64,000 bases of DNA from Nannocystis bainbridge (GTDB taxonomy: Bacteria; Myxococcota_A; Polyangia; Nannocystales; Nannocystaceae): contig NZ_JAQNDL010000001.1 of the NCBI RefSeq assembly GCF_028368995.1, forward strand, positions 2,944,001 to 3,008,000. Direction: 5' to 3'. The notes under the pieces were generated by a model, which made no database searches, was not told where the DNA came from, and saw only the letters and a list, made by a program, of their open reading frames with translations. This document shows positions 9,320 through 23,419 of this stretch, one piece after another. Positions within the stretch are counted from its first letter, which is position 1. Each line of letters opens with the position of its first letter. Made by a program: the position numbers and the translations under genes.

Positions 9320-9874
9320 ATGGACTCTCTCACCCGCTTTTCACTAACAACCCTCGCGCTGCTCACCCTCGCCTCGGCCCCGGCCTGCCTTGTCGATCAG
9401 AAGATCGGCGGCAACCCGACCGACGGCGACGACGCGACGAGCACCGACAGCGAGACCACCTCCGAGGCGACGACCGGGAACAGCACCGACGCGGGCACCG
9501 ACGGCAGCGGCACCGACGCTAGCACTGACGGCAGCGGCACCGACGCCAGCACCGACGGCAGCGGCACCGACGCGTCGACCGGGACCGGCAGCACGACGGC
9601 CGATCCGTCGTACGAGCGCGAGTGCGAGCCGGGCGACTTCGTGTGCGACGATTGGGGCTGCCAGGAGGCGACCCAGGCCGGCGAATGCTACAAGCCGTGC
9701 ACGCCGAGCGGCGAGATCGGCGGGGTCGACAGCGAATGCGACGAGCCGGAGCGGCCGTTCTGCAGCCAGCTCGGGCTGTCGTTCGGCGGCGATTTCGACT
9801 GCAACGGCTGCGCCCACGTCTGCCTGGCCGAGCCGCTCAACTGGTGCGACCACGGGGCCGACCAGTGCGAATGA
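9320..9874 (+). CDS. Lipoprotein with Thr/Gly/Ser repeat linker and Cys-rich C-terminal domain
   Basis: Lipobox-like LASAPAC, TDGSGTDAS x3, Cys-rich C-terminus. Confidence 0.8.
   Translation: MDSLTRFSLTTLALLTLASAPACLVDQKIGGNPTDGDDATSTDSETTSEATTGNSTDAGTDGSGTDASTDGSGTDASTDGSGTDASTGTGSTTADPSYERECEPGDFVCDDWGCQEATQAGECYKPCTPSGEIGGVDSECDEPERPFCSQLGLSFGGDFDCNGCAHVCLAEPLNWCDHGADQCE
9497..9577 (+). repeat. 27-bp coding tandem repeat x3 (TDGSGTDAS)
   Basis: accgacggcagcggcaccgacgc(t/c)agc units. Confidence 0.85.
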
Positions 9875-10069
9875 TGGGAGTCGGGGTGATATCACCGGAG
9901 CGACGGACAGCTCGACCTCGGCCTCCGCGGAGGCCGAGGTGATTCCATCCTTCCTGCGAACGCGCGCGCGATGAACGTGTGCGCCGCGTGGACCGAGGTT
10001 GGCCTCGGAGGTGAAAAACACCGTCTCGATCATGCCAGGGCCCACGGCCTCGAGCACCCTCGCGTTCAC

Positions 10070-10132
10070 GGCGAGCCTCGCCCTCCCGTGATTCGCATTC
10101 CCGGCGGCGAGCCTCGCCCTCTTATGATTCGC
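10070..10132. repeat. 27-bp direct repeat, period 36, intergenic
   Basis: ggcgagcctcgccctcccgtgattcgc / ggcgagcctcgccctcttatgattcgc. Confidence 0.8.
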
Positions 10133-10184
10133 GGCCGAGCGGCGGGCGGGTCCCGCTCTCGGCCGCGACGTCGTCCGCGTCTGC

Positions 10185-11120
10185 TCAGCGCAGGAAGTCG
10201 CCCATGCGGCGGGCGATGAGGCCGCTGTCGGGCTCGCTGCCGCTGAACATCGCCGCCGAGTCGGCGTCGAGCGGGTGATAGCGGACCTGCTCGGGCGGCG
10301 TGCTGCGCAGCGCGCACGTGTACGAAGTGTTGAGGTCGAGCGCGAGCTCGCCGCGGTCGGGCTTGCCGACCACGATCACCTCGATCTCGCCCTGGAACGT
10401 GCGCGCCGGCTTGTAGCCGAGCATCGCCCGCAGGCCCGCCTCGTACATCTTCATGCGGTGCATGAAGAGGTGCTGCTCGGCCGGGCTGGCGAGGAAGCCG
10501 GCGTCGCGCATGAAGGCGGTGACGAACGCGTAGCGCTCCGCCTCGGGCAGCGCCCGGATCTGGTCCATGGGCAGCACCACGTGGATCCCGAGCATGCGCT
10601 CGAAGATGAAGAGGTGGTCCTCGATCGCGCGCAGCTGCAGGGCGTCGGTGCCGGGCAGGCAGGCCCAAGGGCGCAGGAACACCGGCATCACGTTGAGCAG
10701 CAGCGCGACCTCCTCGCCCTCGGCCTGCAGCCGGCAAGCGAGCTCGTACGACGGCAGGCCGCCCATGCAGAAGCCGCCGATGTAGTACGGCCCGTGCGGC
10801 TGGATCGCGCGGACGTGGCGGAGGTTGTACGCCGCGATCTCCTCGACCGAGCCGAACGGCTCGCGCTCCTCGTCGAAGCCCGGCGCCTGGCAGCCGTACA
10901 GCGACACCGATTCCGGCAGGTGCGGCGCGAGGTAGCGGAAATACGACGCGCCGCCGTCGGTCGCCGGGAAGAAGAACAGCGCCGGCCCGCCGGGCGCGCC
11001 CTGCTTGAACTGCACGATGTTGGCGGGCACCTCGTCGAGCGCGCGCGCGGTCGTCTGCTCGCGGTTCTTGATCAGCGCGCGCAGCAGGTCCTGTTTGGTG
11101 GCGGTTAATGATTGGTCCAT
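10185..11120 (-). CDS. Stand-alone thioesterase-fold protein with Cys nucleophile (GFCMGG)
   Basis: LFFFPATDGG, QPHGPYYIGGFCMGG (GxSxG replaced by GxCxG); directly downstream of the NRPS. Confidence 0.85.
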   Translation of the reverse strand: MDQSLTATKQDLLRALIKNREQTTARALDEVPANIVQFKQGAPGGPALFFFPATDGGASYFRYLAPHLPESVSLYGCQAPGFDEEREPFGSVEEIAAYNLRHVRAIQPHGPYYIGGFCMGGLPSYELACRLQAEGEEVALLLNVMPVFLRPWACLPGTDALQLRAIEDHLFIFERMLGIHVVLPMDQIRALPEAERYAFVTAFMRDAGFLASPAEQHLFMHRMKMYEAGLRAMLGYKPARTFQGEIEVIVVGKPDRGELALDLNTSYTCALRSTPPEQVRYHPLDADSAAMFSGSEPDSGLIARRMGDFLR

Positions 11121-11138
11121 GCTCGTACCTTTTTGTCC

Positions 11139-14100
11139 TCACGCATCGAGGCGCGCGAGCAGGTCGCGCGCCTCCTCCTCGCGCAGCCCGGCGAGCATCG
11201 CCGTCAGCGCTTCGAGATCTCCGGTCGCGGCCGCGGCCCGCAGCTGCGCCAGCTTGATGGCGCTCGCCAGGCCGGCGACCGTCGGCGCCTGAAACAGCGC
11301 CGTCAGCGTCAGCGCGGCGCCGTGCCGCTGCTTGACCGCGAACAGCAGGCGCGCGGCCAGCAGCGAGTGCCCGCCGAGCGCGAAAAAATCATCGTCGCGG
11401 CCCGGCGCGCAGCCGGGCAGCAGCTCCGCGAACAGCCCGGCGACCGCGACCTCGACGGCGTCCGCCGGCGGCGTATGGCGGGCCGACGCCTCGGCCTGGG
11501 CGATCCGGGCCGTCTGCAGCGCCTGGCGGTGCAGCTTGCCGTTCGGCGTGCGCGGCAGCTCCGGCAGCACCACCACCCGCGCGGGCAGCATGTACGCGGG
11601 CAGGCTGCGGCGCAGCGACTCGAGCAGCTCGGTGGTCCGCACCGATTGGCCGCTCGCGGCGCACACGAACGCCACCAATTGCCGCTCGCCGTCGGGTCCC
11701 GGGCGGACCGCGACGGCGGCCTCGTGGACCGCGGGGTGGCGGGCCAGCGCGTGCTCGATCTCGCCGATCTCGATGCGGTGGCCGCGGATCTTCACCTGCT
11801 CGTCGAGGCGCCCGAGGAACTCGAGCTGGCCGTCGTCGCGCAGGCGCACCAGGTCGCCGGTGCGGTAGCAGCGGACCGGCGCCGGCAGCAGGCCGGCGGG
11901 GTTGTGGTCGACGAATCGCTCGGCGGTCAGCTCCGGGCGCCCGAGATAACCGGCGGCCACGCCCTCGCCGGCGATCCACAGCTCGCCCGGCGCGCCCGCT
12001 CCGAGCGGCTGGCCCTCGGGGTCGAGCACGAACACCTGCGTGTTCTCGATCGGCCGCCCGAGCGTGATCGGCTCGCCAGGCGCGAGGCGGGCCCGCGTCG
12101 ACCAGATGGTCGTCTCGGTCGGCCCGTACAGGTTCCACAGCTCGGCGCAGCGGGGCGCCAGCCAGTCGACCAGCCCGCGCGGCGGGTGCTCCCCGCCGCA
12201 CAGCGCCCGCAAGCGGCGGTCGCCCGGCCACCCGGACGCCTGCAGCAGCGACCAGGTGGCCGGCGTCGCCTGCATCACCGTGACCGCCTCCGCGGCCAGC
12301 AGCGCCTGCAGGCGCGCGCCGTCGGCCAGGTCCGCGGTGTCGGCCAGCACCAGCCGGGCCCCGTGCGTCAGCGGGAGGAAGAGCTCGAGCGCGGCGATGT
12401 CGAAGCCCCAGGTCGTCACCGACAGCAGGACGTCGTCGGCGGCGATCCCCGGCGCGCGCGCCATCGCCGACAGGCAGGCGACGAGGTTGCGGTGGCGGAC
12501 CACCACGCCCTTCGGCTTGCCGGTCGAGCCCGAGGTGTAAAGCACGTACGCGGGGTCCTCGGGGCCGCCGCGCCGGATCGCCGACGCACCAGGTGGCACG
12601 TCCGTCAGCGCCGAGACGAGCACGCTCGGCACCTCGCCGGGCACCGCGCGCGCTTCGGTGTCGCGGATCACCAGCGTCGCGCCGCTGTCCTCGATCATGA
12701 AGCGCAGGCGCGCCTCGGGGAACGCGGGGTCGAGCGGCAGGTAGGCCGCGCCGGCCGCGAGCACCCCCAGCAGCGCGCACAGCAGCTCTGGGGAGCGCTC
12801 GCCCAGCACCGCGACGATCTGCCCCGGGCCGACGCCGCGCTCGCCGAGCCCCGCCGCGATCGCCTCGACGCGCGCCGCCAGTTGGCGATAGGACCACGTC
12901 CGCCCGGCGTGCGTCACCGCCGGCGCCTCCGGCGTGCGCGCGGCCTGCTCGCGCACCCGCTGCGGCAGCGTGGCCTCGCGGGGGAACGGCGCCTCGGTGC
13001 GGTTGTAGGCCAGCACGACCTCGCGGGCGCGCAGCTCGTCGAGCATCGGCGCGGCGTCGACGGAGGCCGTCGGCGCGGCGGCCAGGCCCGCCGCCAGCTG
13101 GACGAACGCCTCGGCGAAGCGGGTCGCGAACGCCGCCTCGAACAGGTCGGTCGTGTAGGTCAGCGTCCCGCGCGTGCCGCCCGGGCCGGTGACGAACTGG
13201 CACTCGAGGTCGAAGGTCGCGACCTCCGGGTCGAACGGCCACGCCTCGGCCGTCACCGCGGGCAGCCGCGGCGGGTCCGCGGGGCCCTGCGCGCCGAAGA
13301 ACAGCGAGAACAGCGGCGTGCGAGCCGGGTCGCGCGGCTGCCCCGACAGCTCGACCAACCGCTCGAACGCGACATCCTTGTGGGCGAACGCGTCGCGGCA
13401 GCAGGCGTCGACCCGGCGCAGCAGCTCGTGGAACGACAGCCCGCGCGCCACCTCGACGCGCAGCACCACCGTGCTGACCAGGCAGCCGATCAGCGACTCG
13501 ACGCCGCGGTCGTCGCGGTTGGCGTGCGGCGTGCCGACCACCAGGTCGCGCGCCCGGCACAGCCGCTGCAGCGTCACCAGGAACACCGCGAGCAGCGCGG
13601 CGAAGCGGGTGACCCCGGCGTCGGCGGCCGCCTGCTGCAGCGCGTGGGCGACGTCGCCGGGCAGGCTGAACCCGAGCTGGCGGCCGCGATAGCGCTGCAG
13701 CGGCGGCCGCGAGTGGTCCTGCGGCAGCTCGACCATCGGCAGCCCGGCCAGCTGCGCGCGCCAGAACTCGAGCGGGTCGGCGGCCGCGTGGACCCGCCGC
13801 TCCCAGGCGACGAAGTCGGCGAGGCCGAGGTTCGGCGCCGGCGACGTGATCGGCGCATGCGCGAGCTCGGCGGCGTAGAGCGGCCCGAGCTCGCCGGCCA
13901 GCAGCGCCAGCGAGGCGCCGTCGATCACGAGGTGGTGAAACCCGAGCGCCAGGATCGATCGCTCCGGCCCGCAGGCGATCAGGCACGCGCGCACCGGCGG
14001 GGCCTGGTCGAGCGCGAACGGCCGGCACAACGCGTCCCGGGCCGCGTCCGCGATCGCGGCGTCGTCGGCCGTCGCTTCGAGGCGCAGCCGCATCAGCGCC

Positions 14101-14491
14101 GGCGCCCACGTCGGCAGCACCAGCTGCACCGGATAACCATCGAGCTCGGCGAAGGTCGCCCGCAGCGCCTCGTGCCGCGCGACCACCCGCGCCAGCGCCC
14201 GCGCCAGCGCGTCGGCGTCGACCGGCCCGCGCAGCCCGTACGCCTGCGTCACCAGGTACGCCGGCCGCGTGGTGTCGAAGCGCGTCAAGAACCACAGCCG
14301 CCGCTGCACGCTCGACATCGGCGTCGCCACCCGCCCGGCCAGCAGCGCCAGCACCTCGGCCTTGGCGGCCCGCAGCGCCTCGCGGTCGGCAGGCGTCACC
14401 ACCCCCGGCTCGGCGCGCAGCCGCAGCTGCTCGCCGTCGGCCCACAGCCGGACCCCGCGCTCCACCAGACCTCCGATCAGCGTCGCCGTGC

Positions 14492-14495
<4 letters not shown>
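11139..14495 (-). CDS. NRPS module: TubC-N-like docking domain, C, A(Gly), PCP
   Basis: GVRLWADGEQLRLRA docking; HHLVIDG; YTSGSTGKPKG; YGPTETTIW; YRTGD; LGGHSLL. Specificity residues read as DILQLGLIWK (Gly). The GTG start overlaps the PKS stop (GTGA). Confidence 0.92.
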
Positions 14496-18961
<4,466 letters not shown>

Positions 18962-19577
18962 CTGCCACCTCGCTCTCCACCACGCAGGCGCTCGACCGAG
19001 CGAACCAGTCCGGGCCATCGATCTCCACGCCGGTCGCTCTCGCCGCTGCCGAAGAACGTCGCGTCACGGGCGCGCCGGCGGACCTCGATAATTCATCCCG
19101 CTCCGGCCCGCCGAGTGACCGCGATACCGAATGCGCCCGGGTGCCTCCGCGGGGCGCCTTTACCTTCAAAAGATGTCGCATACGCTCGGAGTTCGGGCGC
19201 CGCCAGATCGTCCGCTCGAGACAAAAGCGTCTCTCTTGCAGATTCGTCTCCGCGACGGGCGCGTGTCGGCGGCATCGGAACAGTGCCGGCCGGTCCGCGA
19301 TCAATTGCGATTGCAGCCCGGGCAGTCGCATGCGCTCTTGCAGGCTCATCGAGCCCCTGACGCCTCGCGGACCGCGCAACCCGTCCACGAGGGGCGCCGC
19401 AGACCTCTCCGTTCACTCGCTAGATCGAGGTCGCGCCCCGCTCGCGCTCAAGCCCTCGCGCCCGGCGCTGCCCGGCGCGCCCGAAAGCAGTCCCATGACA
19501 CACCGCGATTCATCGCACCTGCCCCTGTCCCCACAATCTACGGTTCGACATTGCAGCAGCGATCGCGCATGCCCGGT

Positions 19578-19690
19578 TCAGCCGGCCTCGCGGCCCCGGT
19601 ACTGCGACGGTGACTGGCCGTACCAGCGACGGAACGCCCGCGTATCCACGAACCCGAGCGACGCCGCGAAGCCCTGACCGAGTGCCGCTC
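19578..19690 (-). pseudogene. Remnant of the C-terminal HTH of an AraC-family regulator
   Basis: AASLGFVDTRAFRRWYGQSPSQYR matches the AraC C-terminal signature; no intact upstream part. Confidence 0.6.
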
Positions 19691-19885
19691 CTCGCTCAGG
19701 CACCGGCAGGCCAGCCCGGCGCGGGCCCCGGCGAGCCCACAAGCTCCACGGGCTGCTCACGCGCGCGGAGGCGCAGAAGCTCGCGCCCTGGCCATGATCC
19801 TCGGCGGCGGCGACGCGTGATGACGCAGGCAGGAGGGCGCCTCACGCACGAGGCTGCCGCGCACGACCCTTGCATCACCGCCCGC

Positions 19886-20419
19886 ATGCGCACCAGCGGC
19901 CTCCTCCTGGCCTTGTTCATCCTGCCGCAGTGCGGCCCCGGAAAGCCCCAGCCAGGCGATACCGACACCGCTGTCACGGAGACCGACAGCGGCGTCAGCA
20001 CCACCACCGGCACCACCGGCACCACCAGCACCACCGGCAGCTCGACGAGCGGCCCCGCCACGACGGCCGGCAGCGGCTGCGCCGCCCTCGACCAGGGCAA
20101 CGTGTGGGTCTGCGACTGTACGACCCTGTTCGGCCCGTGGAAGCCGTTCAACGACGCCTGCGGCCGCGACCAGACCATCCCCGTCGAATGGTCCGAGTGG
20201 CTGTGCGAGACCTACGCCGCCGACGACCTGTTCGACACCACGGCGACCACCGGCGACGAGGACCCGTCCGACACGACGGCGGGGACCGACCCGACCGAGC
20301 CGCGCACCGACCCGACGACCGGCCCCGCGACCACCACCGGCGACGGCGACGATCCTCCGCTCGGCTGCAAATGCACCTGCGAGGTCACGCCCGAGTGCTG
20401 CGACGACTCTCTACCGTGA
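19886..20419 (+). CDS. Thr-rich, Cys-rich lipoprotein
   Basis: MRTSGLLLALFILPQC signal/lipobox-like; Thr linkers; CxC motifs. Confidence 0.75.
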   Translation: MRTSGLLLALFILPQCGPGKPQPGDTDTAVTETDSGVSTTTGTTGTTSTTGSSTSGPATTAGSGCAALDQGNVWVCDCTTLFGPWKPFNDACGRDQTIPVEWSEWLCETYAADDLFDTTATTGDEDPSDTTAGTDPTEPRTDPTTGPATTTGDGDDPPLGCKCTCEVTPECCDDSLP

Positions 20420-20503
20420 CGATTCGCGCGGCGACGACATGTCTTAAAAGACAGGTACCCTCGCGTGCTGCGACGGCTCTCTGCCGTGACGATTCGCGCG
20501 GCG
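20395..20503. repeat. 39-bp direct repeat (period 70) flanking a 14-bp-phased GACATGTC element
   Basis: gtgctgcgacg(a/g)ctctct(a/g)ccgtgacgattcgcgcggcg at 20395 and 20465; cores at 20438 (CATG) and 20452 (CAGG) lie between the copies. Confidence 0.85.
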
Positions 20504-20547
20504 CGCTCGTCACCGCGGAGACCCGCCGCGTCAGCTTCACGTCCGAT

Positions 20548-20631
20548 TGAAGCCCGCGAGGACTCAAGCCCGCGGGAGACTCAAGCCCGCGCGAGAACTC
20601 AAGCCCGCGCGAGGGCAAAGCCCCTCGCGCG
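20548..20631. repeat. 16-18-bp tandem repeat x4 ending in a hairpin (possible terminator)
   Basis: (t)caagcccgcg(c/g)gag units; stem cgcgcgaggg/ccctcgcgcg at 20606-20631, between convergent genes. Confidence 0.7.
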
Positions 20632-20643
20632 TCACTGCGAGGC

Positions 20644-21228
20644 TCAGCGGCCGCGCAGGTTGCCGGCGACGAAGTCCCAGTTGACCAGGTGGTCGAGGAA
20701 CGTGTCGATGTACTTCGGCCGCGCGTTGCGGAAGTCGATGTAGTACGCGTGCTCCCACACGTCGATCGTCAGCAGCGCCGTCTGGCCGTGCTTGAGCGGC
20801 AGGTCGGCGTTGCCGGTCTTGGTCACCGAGAGCTTGCCGTCGGCGAGGACCAGCCAGGCCCAGCCGGACCCGAACTGCGTCGTCGCGGCGTTGGCGAACT
20901 CCTCGCGGAACTTCTCGAACGAGCCGAAATCGCGGTCGATCGCCGCCGCCAGCTCGCCGGTCGGTCGCCCGCCGCCGTTCGGCTTCATCGAGTGCCAGTA
21001 GAACGTGTGGTTCCAGACCTGGGCCGCGTTGTTGAACACGCCGCCGTCGCTGCGCAGGATGACCTCTTCGAGCGGCAGCTCCGCCTCGGGCTTGCCGGCG
21101 AGCAGCTTGTTCAGGTTGTTCACGTACGCGGCGTGGTGCTTGTCGTGGTGGAACTCGAGCGTCTCGGCGCTGATGTGGGGCGCGAGCGCGTCCTTGGCGT
21201 AGGGGAGTTCGGGAAGTGTGAACGGCAT
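20644..21228 (-). CDS. sodB: Fe/Mn superoxide dismutase (Fe-type residues)
   Basis: MPFTLPELPY, HHDKHH, FNNAAQVWNH, FGSGWAWL, DVWEHAYY. Confidence 0.95.
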   Translation of the reverse strand: MPFTLPELPYAKDALAPHISAETLEFHHDKHHAAYVNNLNKLLAGKPEAELPLEEVILRSDGGVFNNAAQVWNHTFYWHSMKPNGGGRPTGELAAAIDRDFGSFEKFREEFANAATTQFGSGWAWLVLADGKLSVTKTGNADLPLKHGQTALLTIDVWEHAYYIDFRNARPKYIDTFLDHLVNWDFVAGNLRGR

Positions 21229-21332
21229 GGAGATCCTCGGGGTGCGGAAGCACGAGGTCCGCAGGGGGGCGGACGGGCGCCTCGGGTGGGAGCGTTGCCT
21301 TACCAGATCCTCGGCCACATGCGGGCACCCGC

Positions 21333-21366
21333 GCCAACATATTGGCAGAATGCCAATCTTTTGGCA
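21333..21366. promoter_or_regulatory. Overlapping palindromic operator-like site (four alternating GCCAA/TTGGC half-sites)
   Basis: gccaa-cata-ttggca-gaa-tgccaa-tctt-ttggca; AT-rich island about 105 bp upstream of sodB. Confidence 0.55.
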
Positions 21367-21732
21367 CGGCAGCGAGCTCGTCCGGTGGGGCCCGCAGGCC
21401 GCGCAGGTCCAGGCTGACTCTTGGGACAGCTACATCGATTGACACGGCGACGCATGCTCACTGTCACGATCCGTCCCCGTCGATCCGCGGACGCGACGCT
21501 TCGACGACCGGCGACGCTTCGCTTCCCGGCCCAGCCGGAGATCTTTCAACGCCCCATCCTCTTCTCCTTTCGAACCAGAGGTCGCCCGTACGAGCTGCCG
21601 CCGCCTCGTCGCCCGCGCGGGTGCGAGCGCCCGTCGGTCGCGCCGCGAGCGCGCGCACGGCCTCTGCGGCTCCGCGCGCGCCCTCGCTCCCCGCGGGCCC
21701 TGTGTTTTCGCGTACCTTCGACTGGCGTCACC

Positions 21733-23349
21733 ATGTCTGCCCCGACCGCCGCCACCACCGCTTCCGACTATCAGCGCGACGACGACGGCCGGGGCTTGCT
21801 CGGCGCCATGCGGGCGCGCTTCGCCGCTGCCACTGCCGGCGGCGGGCCGCTGTTCACCAGCGCCGCCGGCGATCTGTGGCCCGTCTTCCTCGCCGCCGTG
21901 CCCGAGCACCTACGCCAGTGGCACGATTGCGCCGCCTGCCGCCGGTTCTTCGAGCGGCACGGCGCGCTCGTCCGCGTCGGCGAGGACGGCGAGCTCGTGT
22001 CGGTGCTGTGGGCTCCGCAGGACGTGCCTGCGCCCTACGTCGCCGCCGTCAAGGCGCTCGCCGACGCCGTCACGCGCGCCCCGATCGACGGCGTGTTCCT
22101 GTCGTCGCGGCCGCAATGGGGCCAGCCGCAGACCGGCGATTGGTGGCACCTCTCGCTCGAGCCCGCGAAGGCGCAGCTGTTCCCCGCCTCGCCGGTGCGC
22201 ACCGCCTCGCAGGCGGCCGCCGACCGACGCGTCGATCGCGAGACCCTCTTGCGCGGCCTCGCCGAGTTCCCGCTCGACCTCGTGCGCCAGGCCCACGCGC
22301 TGCTCACCACCGACAAGCTCTACCGCTCCGAGGCGTGCATCAGCGTCGCCGCGTGGCTGCTCGCGCTGCACGAGCGGCTGGCCGCGACCGCCAACCAGCG
22401 CGTGCGCGACAACCTCGTGTGGCATGCCGTGGACGCCGCGCCCGTCGGGTTCGCGCGCGTGCGCAGCACCATGATCGGCACCTTGCTCGAGGACCTCGCC
22501 GCCGGGCTCGCCTTCGACGCGGTCAAGGCCCGCTTCGACGCCAAGATGCACCCGCTCGCCTATCAGCGGCCGACCGCGGCGCCGAGCGCCGGCAACATCG
22601 CCCGCGCCGAGGAGATCGTGGCCAAGCTCGGGGCCGCGGGCGCGCTCGAGCGGCGCTTCGCTCGCCTCGCCGACATCGTCCCGCTGTGGACGCCGGCCGC
22701 GGAGAAGCCCGCGCGCGAGGAGCGGGGCGTGTTCTCCCACCTGCGGCAGCGGGCCTCCGCGACCACCTGGCACGACGTCCCGCCGACCGTGATGACGTGG
22801 GACAAGTTCATGCGCACCGTCCTGCCGGGCGCCGAGGGCCTCGAGTTCCTGGTCCCCGACCGCAACGACTCGTACCTCGGGCTCGTCACCGCCAAGAACC
22901 CCGACGCCCCGCCGATCGTGCAGTGGGACCGCGAGGACGCGCGCAACCCGGTCACCTGGTACCTCTACGTCGACGGCTCGCAGCCGGCGCGGTGGAACCT
23001 CAAGCCCGGTCAATTCCATCCGGTCACTGCCGTCACCTATCAACCCTCGATGTGGGGCGACGCGGCCAAGTTCCCGCACCACGGGCAGAAGGTCATCTTC
23101 CTGCTCAAGGGCGCCAGGGACCTCGAGTACACCGGCGGCGCCGGCTTCTTCCCCTCGTTCCTCAAGAGCGAGTACCACGAGATCCGCAGCACCCTCGAGG
23201 CTTACGCCAGGGGCGCCGTCGTCGACGGCAAGGACGACGCCGAGGCGTGCGGGATCTGCCTGCAAAAGGGCACCACCTGGGACTACACCTTCCGCGTCAG
23301 CGGCAAGGGCGGCGTGCGCCTCGTCTACAAGCTCGACCGCTGGGATTGA
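21733..23349 (+). CDS. Hypothetical protein (538 aa) with HDCxxCRxF motif
   Basis: Long ORF with natural codon use; HDCAACRRFF. Confidence 0.8.
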   Translation: MSAPTAATTASDYQRDDDGRGLLGAMRARFAAATAGGGPLFTSAAGDLWPVFLAAVPEHLRQWHDCAACRRFFERHGALVRVGEDGELVSVLWAPQDVPAPYVAAVKALADAVTRAPIDGVFLSSRPQWGQPQTGDWWHLSLEPAKAQLFPASPVRTASQAAADRRVDRETLLRGLAEFPLDLVRQAHALLTTDKLYRSEACISVAAWLLALHERLAATANQRVRDNLVWHAVDAAPVGFARVRSTMIGTLLEDLAAGLAFDAVKARFDAKMHPLAYQRPTAAPSAGNIARAEEIVAKLGAAGALERRFARLADIVPLWTPAAEKPAREERGVFSHLRQRASATTWHDVPPTVMTWDKFMRTVLPGAEGLEFLVPDRNDSYLGLVTAKNPDAPPIVQWDREDARNPVTWYLYVDGSQPARWNLKPGQFHPVTAVTYQPSMWGDAAKFPHHGQKVIFLLKGARDLEYTGGAGFFPSFLKSEYHEIRSTLEAYARGAVVDGKDDAEACGICLQKGTTWDYTFRVSGKGGVRLVYKLDRWD

Positions 23350-23419
23350 CAGCAGGCGCGAAAACGCTCAAACCCTCGTGGTGGCACGCGGCGGGCCTGT
23401 CGAGTACGGTGAGGTCTGC

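Noticed and set aside
9880-10069. Short minus-strand protein-like stretch (MNARVLEAVGPGMIETVFF...)
   Set aside because: Could be a gene relic, but it has no recognisable motif and the ORF runs antisense through the lipoprotein gene.
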